A DNA stretch of 64,000 bases from Raillietiella orientalis (lineage: Eukaryota): the NCBI GenBank assembly GCA_036172245.1, contig JAYWIR010000015.1, forward strand, positions 1,798,001 through 1,862,000. Direction: 5' to 3'. The notes below the pieces were generated by a model that worked only from the letters and a program-made list of their open reading frames with translations, ran no database searches and was not told the DNA's origin. The first letter of the stretch is position 1, and each line of letters opens with the position of its first letter. The translations under genes were made by a program, and so were the position numbers. Below are positions 1-11,921 of this stretch, piece after piece.

Positions 1-59
1 GAGGGGGGCAGCACGTAAGCAAGGGAAAACAAGGCAGGGGAAGGGAGAGGGAGGAGAAA

Positions 60-1320
60 GGATCAGGAGTTTAGTGCACTGCGTCTTGTGAGGCAGTCTG
101 TTTGAGCGGTATCCTTCTTCCCTCCCCACCATCTCCTTCTGTCGAGGTTTGGACATCTGGTCGCCCTCCTCGGCGTGCAACTGGTCGTGCCGGTGGCATC
201 CCGGTGCTGCGGGTGCTGCTCGACAACAGCGCCGCCTGGAGCGCTAACCCTGAGGCGGAACCCTCTGGGTCGTATACGAAGTCGTTTCGGATGTCCCGGG
301 TGCGTCTTCCAGCTGCAACGGGACTGCCGATGGGTGTAGCCAGCTGCGCCGAAGGGTGCCACGACCCCAACACAGAGGAAACGGTCCCCCTCCTTGCCCC
401 TAGCATGGTTCCAGGTGGCACTCTCCCTATGGCATCTTCATCTCATCTGCTTCCCTGGAATGAATGGCCCGGCGTGTCGACCCTGACGAGTCCTTTTGTG
501 GCTCCCCACCTTCCTTCATCATGTTCCGATCTCCTTCCGAAGTTGAGCAAGTGAACTGATGAGACTTTGCAGGTGGAGCAGAGTCCATCATTTGGGTTTT
601 CTGGGGAGCTCTCGAGCTCCGATGTGGTCTGCGCTCCATACACCTTTGATGGATTGGATGACGAGCGGCAAGCCCGGGTTTGGACAATGCAATGCCGGCT
701 GCGAGTATTGCCAAATCTTCGATCATATGCAGCACTTTATTAGGAGACGTTTCTTTTTGTCAGTAGCTTTTGAACTTTCCTTGGAGTCATTCTGGACCGC
801 TGATGTGGAGATTCTGCTGCATCGTTGCCTGTGGGATGGAGAGCAGCTGAGAGGAGGAAGCAAGCCTCATGGCTGTGTGCACCTTTTGCAGATTCCCCCT
901 GCCGTATTTCCTGCGAGGGTTTCTCATCTGCCGTGTACGGCCATCTGTAGTTCCAGACAGTCGCATGGGGTCGAATTTCAAGGGGGAGGTGAAGATAGAA
1001 AAAACCTCCGAAACACACGATGCGAGTGTCTGGAACCCTCGCATGCGGCGACGAAATCCAAGGTCTCGTAGGCAGCCTCCATCTGAAGAAGGGAAGATGA
1101 TAGCTCCTACCTGAGCGCTGGAGCACAGTATGGAAAGGTCATCAGAGACTGTGCACGCGATACCAAGAGTGCTTGGTCTGATGATCTTCCTACCTCGCGT
1201 TGGAACACTCCCTTCCGCATGCGTTGGAACACTCCTCTTCGGAAACACCCGCAGAGCTTGTCGAGTGGTGATGAGCGGCTCATGGACCACTGGAGTCTTT
1301 GAACTGTGCACGCAGAAAAA
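60..1320 (-). mobile_element. Decayed NeSL/R2-type (RLE) non-LTR retrotransposon, from RT to the C-terminal endonuclease, with internal deletions
   Basis: Minus-strand frames give, in the expected order: 'PVVHEPLI' and 'TVSDDLSILCSS' (resembling RT LFN..EPL and YADDLVLLA), 'LCSTCKVSSVHLLN' (CCHC-like) and 'VSSVLGSWHP...RDI' (resembling VGALGSW and the RDIY C-terminus). Frameshifted. Confidence 0.55.
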
Positions 1321-1526
1321 AATAAGCCACCTGACAGTAGACCAAATGCTTATACAACTCTGGGAATGTTACTTTTCCGATTTCTGCCGTCAGCGACGGA
1401 ATTACGATTGGTTGGACGATCTGCTATTTCAGTGAAGCACGAAATCGCCAATGGAATCAATGGATCAGAATTTGTTGATGATTTCGCGCTGATACAAGCT
1501 AGGAAGATGAGAGATTTCAGAAGAAA

Positions 1527-2146
1527 CGAGGTTCATTTTAAAAGAAATGGCCGATCGTATTGAAGGAACGAACAAATAAGAGAAAGAAAAATGGCTCTGG
1601 TGGTTCGAACCACGTGCATCCCCATGGCATTTTCCTACGAAGTCACCATTTTTTTCCAAACACTTTTGATGCCGTGGAAGAAGCTTTTTGAAAGCCTCTG
1701 CACCAAATTCCGCCTCCTGGCAGCTCAGCCGGTTCGGCGGCACTGCAGTTTTCCACTCGAATCTTTGGGAAGCAAGCCACTCCTGGAGGTGCAGGAAGGA
1801 AGGGGTGATGGTAGTCACTCGACAGGACTCCAAGGTGGGTGCTCAAAAAGTTCCCATTTGAATTTCCGAATTGTCTGGAATGCGGGGATAGCATGTGCTG
1901 CCAAGGCGCGTGTTGTCATGAAGGAGAAGAACGATCCCTGATCTCAGCATTCCACGTCGTCGGTTCTGAATGGCACTCTGCAGCTCTGAAAGTGTTTGTA
2001 CACAGTAGACTTGCGACGTGATGGTCGTTCCAGGCTCCATAAAGTCCTCCAAATGCACACACCCTTTTGGTTCCACCATCTGACTACCACGTCTTCCTGC
2101 GCCTCAAGAAGTGGCTCAACGATTCGAGGGGGAAAGAGAGGAGTTG
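1527..2146 (-). mobile_element. Mariner-derived non-autonomous element (3' half of a transposase pseudogene), truncated copy
   Basis: Minus strand encodes 'WNQKG..LEDFMEPGTTITSQVY..AIQNRRRGMLRSGIVLLLHDN' and 'KKLLPRHQKCLEKNGDFV', typical mariner transposase C-terminal motifs. A TIR-like CGAGG...GGCCGATCG starts at 1527. Bases 1549-2146 are the near-identical reverse complement of 41736-42333. Confidence 0.9.
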
Positions 2147-2809
2147 AGAACTTGACGAAAGCGCCAAAACGTCTGGAGCCGGCCCATCGAGCACTGGTGT
2201 CGACGTTTTGCGCTCAGAGATCTGGCATGCGGAGGAACGGAAAATTAATCGTTGCGTTTCCATCAGTCACGCACTTGGATCATCGAAAGTTGCATCTTTT
2301 TCCTCGTTTTCCGAGACACATTGCAACAAGCAATGCAAGGGTGAAACGTGATTTTGAAGAGCTCCGATTAGTATTAAGAACGACTGCTCAGGAGCGCTCC
2401 TTATGTATCCACCTGTCTGGCCCAACTTTTACAAGAGTTCAAAAGAGAAATCGAATTTTCAGCTCTTGTTAGAACTTGACCAAAGTAACCGCACTTACAG
2501 AAGCAAAATGCTAATTCCTTGTTAGAGATTCTGGCTGCATCCTCAACAACAAATCAACGCAGATTAAGCATCGAGGTTCCATTGGAACCTTTCTGGAATC
2601 CACGTCTATACTTTTGCTCCTCAATACGACCAAGAAACAAAGTATTTCTCTGTGCCAGCTGTGCACAGGTGCTTCACCCTATGTATGGATCATTACGATT
2701 CGTTGCCACATGCGTGTGTGTGTCTTCCGCTCATAACGACGGGCGCGCTTACTGAGCCGCTTCTGAAACCATGACAACCCTTGATCCAAAATTTCCATTT
2801 TAGGAAGAC

Positions 2810-3020
2810 GTTTAAACTGCCCGGAGGCAGGGAAGTTTCCTGACAAAGGCAGGGACTTTACTTATGAGTGCAGGTATTGGCTGAAAAACATTCCGTGGAG
2901 GTGTGGAGCTGAGTTCAGTATTTCCCCCAAAATAGGAACCTCCATAGGATGATCTTGGGACTTCCTCTTTGCTCCGAGGAACCAGCGCCATGTCGTGAAG
3001 TTTTCCAAAGGTGTTCACTA
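2810..3020 (-). mobile_element. Possible pogo/Tigger DDE transposase fossil
   Basis: 'LHDMALVP...NTELSSTPPRNVFQPIPALISKVPAFVRK' loosely matches pogo 'LDN..H...LPPN.T..QP.D.GII...K..YRK'. Confidence 0.3.
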
Positions 3021-3380
3021 TCCTTAAATTCAGAGCACTTTATGCATTCTGGACTACGCAGATTGCGTCGGAAATGCGATTACGTGCAAGTCGGACCCTG
3101 CACTATGATGTGTGTGTGTGTGTGTGTTTTTTTTTGGGGTACAGTTAATGTCTGTGTGATTTCCATACTGCATTATGTTTTCAAGAAATTTTCAAAAAAA
3201 GAAAAAATGATCGGAATATCAAGAAAAATATTTTTTTAGACTGTAAATGATATCCTTTTTTGAACATGCACACCAAATGGATTCTCATCCTATTGAGCAG
3301 AGGCGAACTGGTTCTGAGGGGCAATCTGAAATGGAACGCGGTGTTGGAGTTTGGTATTTTGATTCGAGGGATGATTTCAT

Positions 3381-3434
3381 GACTTTTTGATCTGAAGCCT
3401 GAGGCTTTTGCCTCAGGCTTCAGATCAAAAAGTC
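3381..3434. repeat. Perfect inverted repeat (25-bp arms, TTTT loop)
   Basis: GACTTTTTGATCTGAAGCCTGAGGC-TTTT-GCCTCAGGCTTCAGATCAAAAAGTC; the arms are exact reverse complements. Confidence 0.95.
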
Positions 3435-6400
3435 GGACTGGAAGGTGCCACAACTGAGTCTGTGAGGAGACGGCCCGAATTTGGGTAACCAAGCAGCATC
3501 GATCATTCTAAAAAGAAAAAGAAAAAAAAAGATACAGCTCACGGAGGCAACTGGCGCCGTTTCTAGCGAATCAGCTTTTTTATCTACTTCATGTGTTGAG
3601 ATAGAATGGTTTCACTTTCGTTACGGAGACTGTTCTCAAGAGCCTTATCATCTTGTGTTTTTTTTTCGTGTGGGTTTCTGCGGTCCATCGTTTCACTCTC
3701 ACGTCCATCTTGCAGTTCTTTCCCGGAGAATCATCTTAACCGGTTCGGAAGGTGCCCCTTGCGAATCATATCGAACGAGTGGACGAGTCTCTTTTCGCGG
3801 TCTGGATGCGGATCCATCCTCCGGTCCAGACGTCTCTGATGCAACAGAGCAATTAAGTTGACCAACGAGTCCGCAGCTGCATCACTAAATTTAGAAAAGG
3901 ACGCCCTCGAAATGTATGCTTTGGTTGCTCATGGAGCCAATTTTGTTTACTCGATTGAAGTTTGCTCCTAAAACAAATCAGGCGCGAGCGTTAGGTTCTG
4001 CTCCCCAGCTTTGCTCCCATACAATTCCCATGCAACTCGAAGTGGTAGTTCAGAGCAGACAACCACCTCCGTAACATTCTGTCATAGTTCACTGGGGGCC
4101 AAAAGTCTTCTTGTGCTTCTTTGTTCGCAGATGTACACAGACGTACTCGATGGTGCATTTGAAATTCATGAGATTACATACGGAGCTTAAATAATTTGAG
4201 ATCCTCAGTGTGTGAATTTATTTCATGCCATGTAAAATCACGTCGGGCAATCCATCCAAGAGAATCGGAAACAATCAGAGAATCCGTTCAAGCAGATAAA
4301 GGTGGTGCCATTAGCAACGACAGGAGTAATGTGATTAAAGTTGCAATCACAATTGCAGAAATGTTGTTAGCTGCTATCTAGCAGCAAAGAAATTCCACTT
4401 TATTTCGCAGGAAAAAAAAGGAAAAAAAAAAAGAAGAGGAAGGGATTGCTGAAACAAATTATTAGTCACTCTCTTTAGCAGGCTGATTATGTAAAACCAA
4501 TCTTCTCAGCTGCTTTATCTGCATTTCTTAAACTCTCCTGGAAGAGGCAGCAGGAGCAGACGAGAACAGTATAAAAATTAAGTTTCCTTGCTGGGCTCGT
4601 ACAGAGCTTTCTCAAGGGGAATCCGTCTACCGTAAACAGGAAATGCATCATGGGACCATGAAATACTGTGTACGGAACATACGCTGGCTGCAGAGGAAAT
4701 AACGAGCACTCCCGAAGAAGAAGTTTAGGTCACACGAGGAACAGAGAAGCAAACAAGAGACAGATTCAGTACACAAAATCGTACGTATCTATAGTTGCAG
4801 TGAAACAAATGTTTGGGCAAGGGAAATAAATTCCCAAAGGTTTGATCATGTGCTTGTTTTAACATCACACGACAAACGCAACGAGAGCTACTCGGGGCTT
4901 TTCATCACTGGTAGCTATGGAAACAGAGAGTTCCTTCACTGAAAGGCAAATGAATTGGTTGTAGTTCAACGAGGTCGGTGGAGAAGAATTAAATATTCTT
5001 TCCTTCCAATAGAGAATCTGAGAGGATGAAAAAACGAGCGGTGGCGAAGAAGGCAACTGAGAGGGGAAGGGGAGCCGTGACTACCTCAGTGAGGGAAGAG
5101 TGGTACGGGGTTCTCAGAGGATTTCGTGCAGTGGATCACACACGCGCACCACCAAAAGCACTGACGAGGATTTTTTCTTTAACAACAACAGAAAAAAAAA
5201 CTGGTGGACTGTGACTCATGTCCGAATACAATGAGTTCATAGAAGCACCACTGAGATCAGAGCACTGTGGATTGGTTTCCTCCAAAGAGGACCATGAAAG
5301 GCAGTTCTCGCTTGCTAAATCTGTTAAGCTCACTACGGCACTTCACTGAAGGCGTGAGATAATAAGAGATCTGAGCAAAGCTCGTGCCTTAATCGAACGC
5401 ACTCTGCCTCAGTTCACGTCTGCGTGTTGGGATAAGTAGCATCGTGACTGCTCTGCTTAAAGAAGTGCATGCTTGAAATTTTTAGCTGGATTTTTTTTTT
5501 CTTCGAAAGTGTGCGCCAGGCGTTCAGGAAAGGAGGATGTTTTCCGACTCTCTGCGCGCCTTCCCATTTCTTCATCATCTGGCTGCCCATTTAAAGGTAA
5601 AACTTCGAGGAAAAAGCCTCCGCTGAGGAAGGCATCAAGAGATAACCGCATGCCTAAGAGTCTGGATGGATTTTGCGTGTTCTGCTGGCGAAACCGGTCC
5701 GACGAGGAACGCACGGGAAACTCTGCACGCCCTGCGTCACACTGCAAACAGTCCCGGATCGAGTCCATTATCCTGCTCTTGAGTTCCGACAAGGCAAAAA
5801 ACCAATTACGAGGAATTACACGACGAATCCGAGTTTCTTAAATTCGGAGTCTTTGGCATGCCAGGATCCGGTTGTCTCCCTGGGAAGTGCAAATTTACCC
5901 AACTTCACGCCCTCCCTCACCATGTAAGAAGAGTAGAACTCGTCAGTAGGGGCCCAGGCCAATGGAGAAACCTCAAACTGGGAGGAACCCAAAACAGAGA
6001 CGGAGCACCGGGTAAGTTCTCTGAGAGGGAGCTGTATCGGATGCTTTCGTGAGAATTCGTGTTTTCTGATTCTCAACATGCGTGGATTAAAATAGGTCTC
6101 CGCGCTTCTTGGATAGGAGTTCGACTCCAGACTGCAGTTTATACTTTAATCGAGACTCGTGCATTTCATTTTGGGAATTTTTTCTTTCTTGAATCGGAAG
6201 AAACGAAATGACCCAGCGATACTGTGGAGCAGCGATCTTGTTGGTTCTGAATGATTGGGTCTTCGGAACTGCCCAAGTTTACTGGCAGAAGTCGGACGTA
6301 CAAGAAATAAATTATGCCGATTCTTTTCTGCGAAGAGAGTGCACCCTTCCATAATAATCAAGACTCACGAGGAAGCAACCCGTGAATCAGGAAAGTTGTC

Positions 6401-6539
6401 ACACAGAACCTCCAGAACTTTTTGTTCTTTAAGCAGGAAGCAGCGGCAGAGAGAGTAAGTCCATCTGGACTCAGGAGTCGAAGAGAAGTAGACTGATTAA
6501 AAAATTCCCGACCGACATGTGAGTCCCAGAGAGAACAGC

Positions 6540-6660
6540 TGAAGAGGGGGTTGAGGAAGAAAAGGGGGAAAGGGAGGCGGGATGGAACGGATGGGGGGAG
6601 GATGAGGAATAAGGGAGAGGAGGAAGAAAGGATGAGGAAAAGGAAGAAGGGAGGAGGAGT
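6540..6660. repeat. Purine-rich (GA) low-complexity tract
   Basis: About 120 bp of mostly G/A (GGA/GAA units). Confidence 0.8.
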
Positions 6661-8231
6661 TTCATGCGTGTTTTCGAGTATTTCAATGGTGAAAGTTCTG
6701 GCGCTATTTTTTTCCAGGTAATTTCATTCTCACCACCAGAACGCACCACATAAGCACCAGTGCCGACATAGTAGACACACGTTCAGGTAGAATACGCCCG
6801 ATAAACTGCTAGAGCAGATGCTCCCTTCGTCCACGATTTCATAGTCAAGAATATTTCGAGGAACGGCTGCCCGTCGCGAGCCACTTGAAAAAGGATGGTG
6901 GTGGTGACAACGAGGACGATGATTTGTAAACGTGGTGTTCTGTAGATGCCGTTAGATTTGCCTTTCTCACCTTGCTTCGAATACGGCAGGTTCGTTCCTT
7001 CAGACGGAAGTTCCTTTCCGCCCGATCAGGAATCCGACGAACGCCGCTGAAGAGTTGCGCAAGGACCACTCACCGGCAGATTGATTTGTCCTGAGTGCGA
7101 CTGGATGCTCTCCAGTTGCGGAGTTCGAGAACAGATGCCAGTCAGGATTTACGAAAAGAACACTTGGCTCATTGGCTGAGAATATGAGAGCTCCACCAAC
7201 ATCCTTGCATTTCGAACACACGTTTTCCCTTCCTATCGAATATCCGAGAATCTCAACGAGGTAGGGGAGAGGGAGGAGAAGATGCAACGCCATGGCAACG
7301 CCTTCAACTGGCTTCAGTAGGGAGGTCGATCTCTATCATGAACAAAGTTCCCAAATTATGGCTACACTTAATAGGAACCTTTCCTTCCCTGTGTACTGCA
7401 ACCGCATTTGAACAGTCTTTCTCTAGAAACACGCAGCAGCGTCCCGCACCTTAGCTGGCTGTGCTGCTGGGAGCAGAAACTGTTTTACGTACTGGAAATC
7501 TTAAGAGGAGGCGATGTACAATGGACTTTGCTTGCATGTGTCCTGAGAAAATACGTACCATGACGTCAAACTTCATGACCTGAGATGAATTCCGACGAGC
7601 AGGGATCTCTTGCGGGCGACAACCCGGTGCTGCCCGGGTCTCTACGCACTACCACATGGCGCAGTTGCGCAAGACGCATTTTCTCAACGGTATCCGCGCA
7701 AACGACAAAGTTCCGCGCTCGTGCGACGCACTTTGCGTTGCATGCGGAATTCGCTCGACAGATGAAACGAGCGGATGGTGCAGCAGCAGCTCGATAAGAG
7801 TTTCTTTTGCCTCAGAAGTCCCCTGGTCAAGGTCACGAGGAGAGCTAAAATGGAAGTGTGGAAATTCACACAGCATGGAGACACGGAACGTCGAACCGTG
7901 ACCTTGAGGAGAAACGAAATTTGAACAAAATCGACTTTTAGAATCACGGATTCTTTTCAACCGAGAACATTTTCAAACTTACCTGGGCCTGGCGCGCAAA
8001 AGTTAGTCGTAACGTAAGAAAAATGAATGCATAGCTATGACGGCAGGCTCCCATGACAACGAATTGAGTTACCCAGATAGGAAATCGAAGAACAAAACTA
8101 AAAGTGAAAAGAGGACGCAGAGAAGCGAAAGGATTCTCTGTGCATGAGCCATTCAGCTCAACGTAGAGCAGAAGGCAAATTAGGAGCGTAAGGCAGCGGT
8201 GCAGACAACTGCGGCGAAACGACTGCAAGGG

Positions 8232-8263
8232 ACCTACTTAACCTACCTTACCTAACCTAACCT
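8232..8263. repeat. Short degenerate (CCTAA)n-like microsatellite
   Basis: ACCTACTTAACCTACCTTACCTAACCTAACCT. Confidence 0.55.
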
Positions 8264-8339
8264 CTCCGACGTAGCCTATATTACCTACCTAGCCTAAAAG
8301 ACGGCTAGGAAAAAAGTTTTCTTTCTTTCCCTTTAAAAC

Positions 8340-8925
8340 CAGCGTCTCCCTTGTGCTTGGGAATGCTTGCGTGTAGGCCGATGCCTTTCTTTTTGCAGAG
8401 CCTCGCAGGTCAGCTGCCCTGAGCGCTCATCCTATCTGGGAATGCATCTGTCGGCAGGAAACCTGCTCGGGTCTTTTCCCGAGGAGGGTTTGCATTCGTG
8501 TTCTTTGCGCCGCCGCGAGTGCTGTCTGCGAGTCGAAGGTTGGCTCCAGAACATCTTCTCGCACCTCTCTTTACCCGCGCGAACAACGCTCGCGTCGGCT
8601 GGGCCATGATCGAGCCTCGGCCGCGCGCAGTCTGATGCCCTTCCTTCGCTACGGAGAAGAGGGCTGTAGGGCTGTAGTAGCAGTCTCAATGCCTTCTTCA
8701 CCCTTTTCCTCTCTGGAAATTCATTTACTGATCGATGCTCCTCTCTTGCCCTTGCTCCGAGCAGTCCCTGCGGCCGACCTGCGAGTCGATGTGCCGTCCC
8801 TCGCTTGAACTTCTTTTCGTTCCTTTTCTTGCGTGTCCTTCGCACCATCAGGAACTCTGTTTCTCAGTTTCGTTCCTTCTTTTCAAATAAACTCCTGCCA
8901 TCCATCCTGCCATAGACGCCCCCTC
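8340..8925 (+). mobile_element. L1/Tx1-like fragment, probably lineage Y (copy Y3), internally deleted, with 3' end
   Basis: 'SYLGMHL...GW...HLSLPARTTL' (RT YLG and thumb). The 3' UTR shares CCCTTGCTCCGA with Y2. AATAAA at 8886-8891 is followed by CTCCTGCCAT, similar to the Y1 terminus. Confidence 0.45.
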
Positions 8926-9300
8926 ATCTGGGACAGACGGACCATCTATTGAAAATAAATAAACAGATTAGGACGAATGCAGCTGGAGACCGACGTGTAT
9001 CGACCCAGATCCACAAGAATCACCCTCGCTGGGGACGAAACTGGGGAGAAGTGGGGGCAAGGAGAAAAGAGAGAGGGTCGATAAATAAATAGAAAATGAA
9101 GTGGACACGCCACACGGCGCTCAGCATGGCTCCCGAGGGTCTGAATCGGACAGGAAGCGGGTGGGTGCGCTCACGGGTATGTCAGGTTGGTACGCGCCAC
9201 GACAGCCCGAAGGTTCCTCTGAACTTTGCATCTCAGACTGGGCCATTTTTCGCCTTGTCGAATCGAATCGACCTTGTCGAATCAAATTGACCTTCACTCC
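8926..9300 (-). mobile_element. L1/Tx1-like lineage X 3' end (copy X3)
   Basis: The reverse complement of 8973-9006 (GGGTCGATACACGTCGGTCTCCAGCTGCATTCGT) and the flanking TTTATTTAT tracts match the X 3' UTR at 23996-24050 and 11802-11860. Confidence 0.6.
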
Positions 9301-9724
9301 TTTCTCATGAACTCCGAGACCCCCGCATCCGAGAATTGCATCCGCAGCGCTCTTGCGGATACCAACACAAAGCCGGAAGGCATGACGCGTTGTCGAAGGA
9401 AGGGATGGAGGTGGGGCAAAGGGGTGGTGGTGTAACTGCTTTTCACTTCATTCCCTATTTATTTCTTGAACCCTTCCCACCTTTCCCTCCACTCCTCCCC
9501 CTCTTCCCAGAAACGGGCGAAGGGAGGAAGAGGGTACCAGGACAGGGATAGGGAAAAGAACAAGACTGTTTACCTGAGAAACCTCTTCTACGGCAGGTGA
9601 ACGGGGAACAGCAGTCGAGAGCGAAACCGGGCACGGCAGCCGTTGCACTCCGCGATCCCGGGGAAGTCCGAGGCAGCACCCGCTCGTTCGCTGGATGTGG
9701 AATGAGCGTCTTTTTGTACCCCGG

Positions 9725-11921
9725 AAGAGACGGAGCCTGGGAAGCGGGATGAGGTCAGAAGGACTTCCTCTGCAGCGGATCGCCTTTGCCGTCGTCTTCG
9801 ATGCACGTCAACGAGAACTCACGTGGCACAGGGATCTTTCCCAGAGAACGGACACCGCAGCATCCCGGAGAAATTCTCCATATCTCTCAAATGGAGTGGA
9901 CGGCCGAACGGTAGATCTTCATGTCACCATTCAACAGGACGACCAGTCCGAGGAGCCGGTTGGTGACGTCCCGGAACTACCCGTGAAGGTTGCCGGAGAG
10001 CATATTTGACGGAGAAAGCGAAGCCATCTCCTGCCAAAGGAGGAGGGATGGGAGAGAAGCGTGTCTTCCAGAGCAAAGGGTGTACCCATTGCTCTGGAAT
10101 TCACCCGTGCTAAGAGACGCCAGGAGCCTCTGCTTGGGTCCGAGAAGGGACGGGAAGCCGAGCAAGGTCTTCCTCCTCCGAACAAGAAGGACCCAGCAGG
10201 CCGAGATGGCGGCAACTTCCCAACGGCTTCCTTCTGTGCGGCACCCGTGGAGTGCGAACTTTTCTGGAAGCTGCCGCGGGAAGGCATTCCCGCCGCGGAA
10301 GAGAGCACACACAACCAGATGACCTCCTTTCGATGGAGGTGATCCATCGAAAAATCCAAGAAGCGCAAAGCACCAGCAACGGCTTGCCGGAAAAGTTCCA
10401 CCAGAGTCTCCCTGAGGGTCCCCTGCTGCTCAGTGCGATGCTCCGGAGGAGAGCATCCTCTCGGGACACGCTCATGCGCTCCGCGTCCCTGTACGGCGTC
10501 TTGCCGTACCAGAAGAAGGTGACCCAGGCTGGACGCCATACGTTGCCGCAGCGCTGCCTTCTCTCCGGGCAAGCACAGATGGTTGCCAGCCGACGAGGTG
10601 GGAGGTCTCCTGCACAATTGCAGGAGTCGCAGAACTCCTGGACGGCTGGACAACGAGCGACTGGTGGACACTCCTCGTTTCCGGGCGGAGGGACTTCTTC
10701 GACCTGCTTGGTGCGCCCCTAGAAGAAATTGTAGTCCCTCCTCCGTGTCCGGACACTTCAGTGTCCCTCTCGAGGTGGAAACAGATGTGCCGCACTGGGG
10801 TCCCAGTGTAGCCAGCGTAGGCATGTGTTTTCCGGAGGAGCCGCGTTCCTTTTCTGAGATGGAATCTTTCCCCGGCCTCTCGATGGTCCTCCTCGAAGAT
10901 CTGTGGGGGAGGCGCCTTCGGCGCCCCGGCGCCCGCCTTGGGTTTGCTGCGGCGACTCCTCGCGCGCGGAGGACTCTCGGCAGGTGCAGTGGTCGCTCCG
11001 AGATGCTGCATCCGCGCCACCGTCGCAGCCGTGTTGGAGTGTTGGAGTCTCGGGTGCAGCGAGGGGAGACCGCCGACAAGGCAGCCGCCTTAACGGGAGG
11101 TCTGCATGGAGATCGCCGCCATGGATGTACAACTGTAGGAGGGAAGGCGTGGCCTCAATACCAAAGCTCCCTGTCCCTCCTTTCCCTTTATTTCTCCCTA
11201 CTGTCCTCTTCTTCCCGTTCCGGACTTCAATGGACTCCGGACTTCCGCTCAATGGAACGTCGTCTCCATTGAGTAGATGAATCCATGGGGTCGGACACGA
11301 GCACGCAATGCACATTGGCAAAGGTCACCAGTGGCTTGCCATGTTTCCCTATTTTTTTTTTTAAAGGGAGGGAGGTCGAGCACTCACTGTCCTGCGTCGC
11401 GAGGAGTCATCCAGGAAGGAAGGTTCCATGAAAGCTTTGGAAGATGCTTATGCAAGTGAAGGGATGCAAAAAGGAGCAACGGAAGGAACCTGTAGAAGAT
11501 GCGTCGCGGAAAGCGATACGCCTGCATCTCTGTGGCCATATGAGAACCTCATGCCTTGCAGTCGGGATCCCTAGATTCCACCCAAACCTCGACTCCCAGA
11601 TTCTCCGTTGTTTTCGACCCTTTCACGGACCGAGAGCGTAACTCCCATCCCTCCCATCCCTGTCCTATCCGACGCAAGTCCTCGTCAGTCATGCTGACGA
11701 TAGGAGCTAGCCAGTCCCGCTCCCTATTTATCTACCGTCTCTTGCTGCTTCCCCCTTTCCTCCATAGTTCTGTTCTTGGAGAGGGTAGTCCTTGTAGTTA
11801 CGAACCGACGCGTATCAGTGTCGAACTGCATCTGTTTCGATTTATTTATTTATTATTTTAAAAAATAACATCGGCGATCCATAAATAAATAATTTATTTA
11901 TTTATGTATCGGCGACGAGAA
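9725..11921 (+). mobile_element. L1/Tx1-like lineage X, 5'-truncated (copy X2), interrupted by a V insertion
   Basis: 'LLPKEEG' (GGL region), 'YGVLPYQKKV...QRCLL' and 'LLHNC' (zf-RVT-like). Shares CCAGAAGAAGGT and GGAGT(C/G)ATC(C/A)AGGAA with X1. Carries the X 3' UTR motif and ends ATCGGCGACGAGAA at 11921. Confidence 0.7.
10750..11370 (+). mobile_element. L1/Tx1-like lineage V 3' fragment nested in X2
   Basis: 'PHWGP' (the V HWG motif), GCTGCATCCGCG shared with the V copy at ~44785, and a V-like UTR (CCCGTTCCGGACT). X homology stops near 10740 and resumes near 11390. Confidence 0.5.

Noticed and set aside
5700..6050. Tc1-like transposase remnant on the minus strand
   Set aside because: The similarity ('SVSVLG...PL', 'ELKSRI') is too weak to call.
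8232..8263. Telomeric TTAGG array
   Set aside because: Only about six degenerate units, and internal to the sequence.
9931..11079. Longest ORF (382 aa, minus strand) as a gene
   Set aside because: It is antisense to X and V fossils, crosses an insertion boundary, and is Arg/Ser/Pro-rich with no recognisable domain. A chance ORF in GC-rich DNA.
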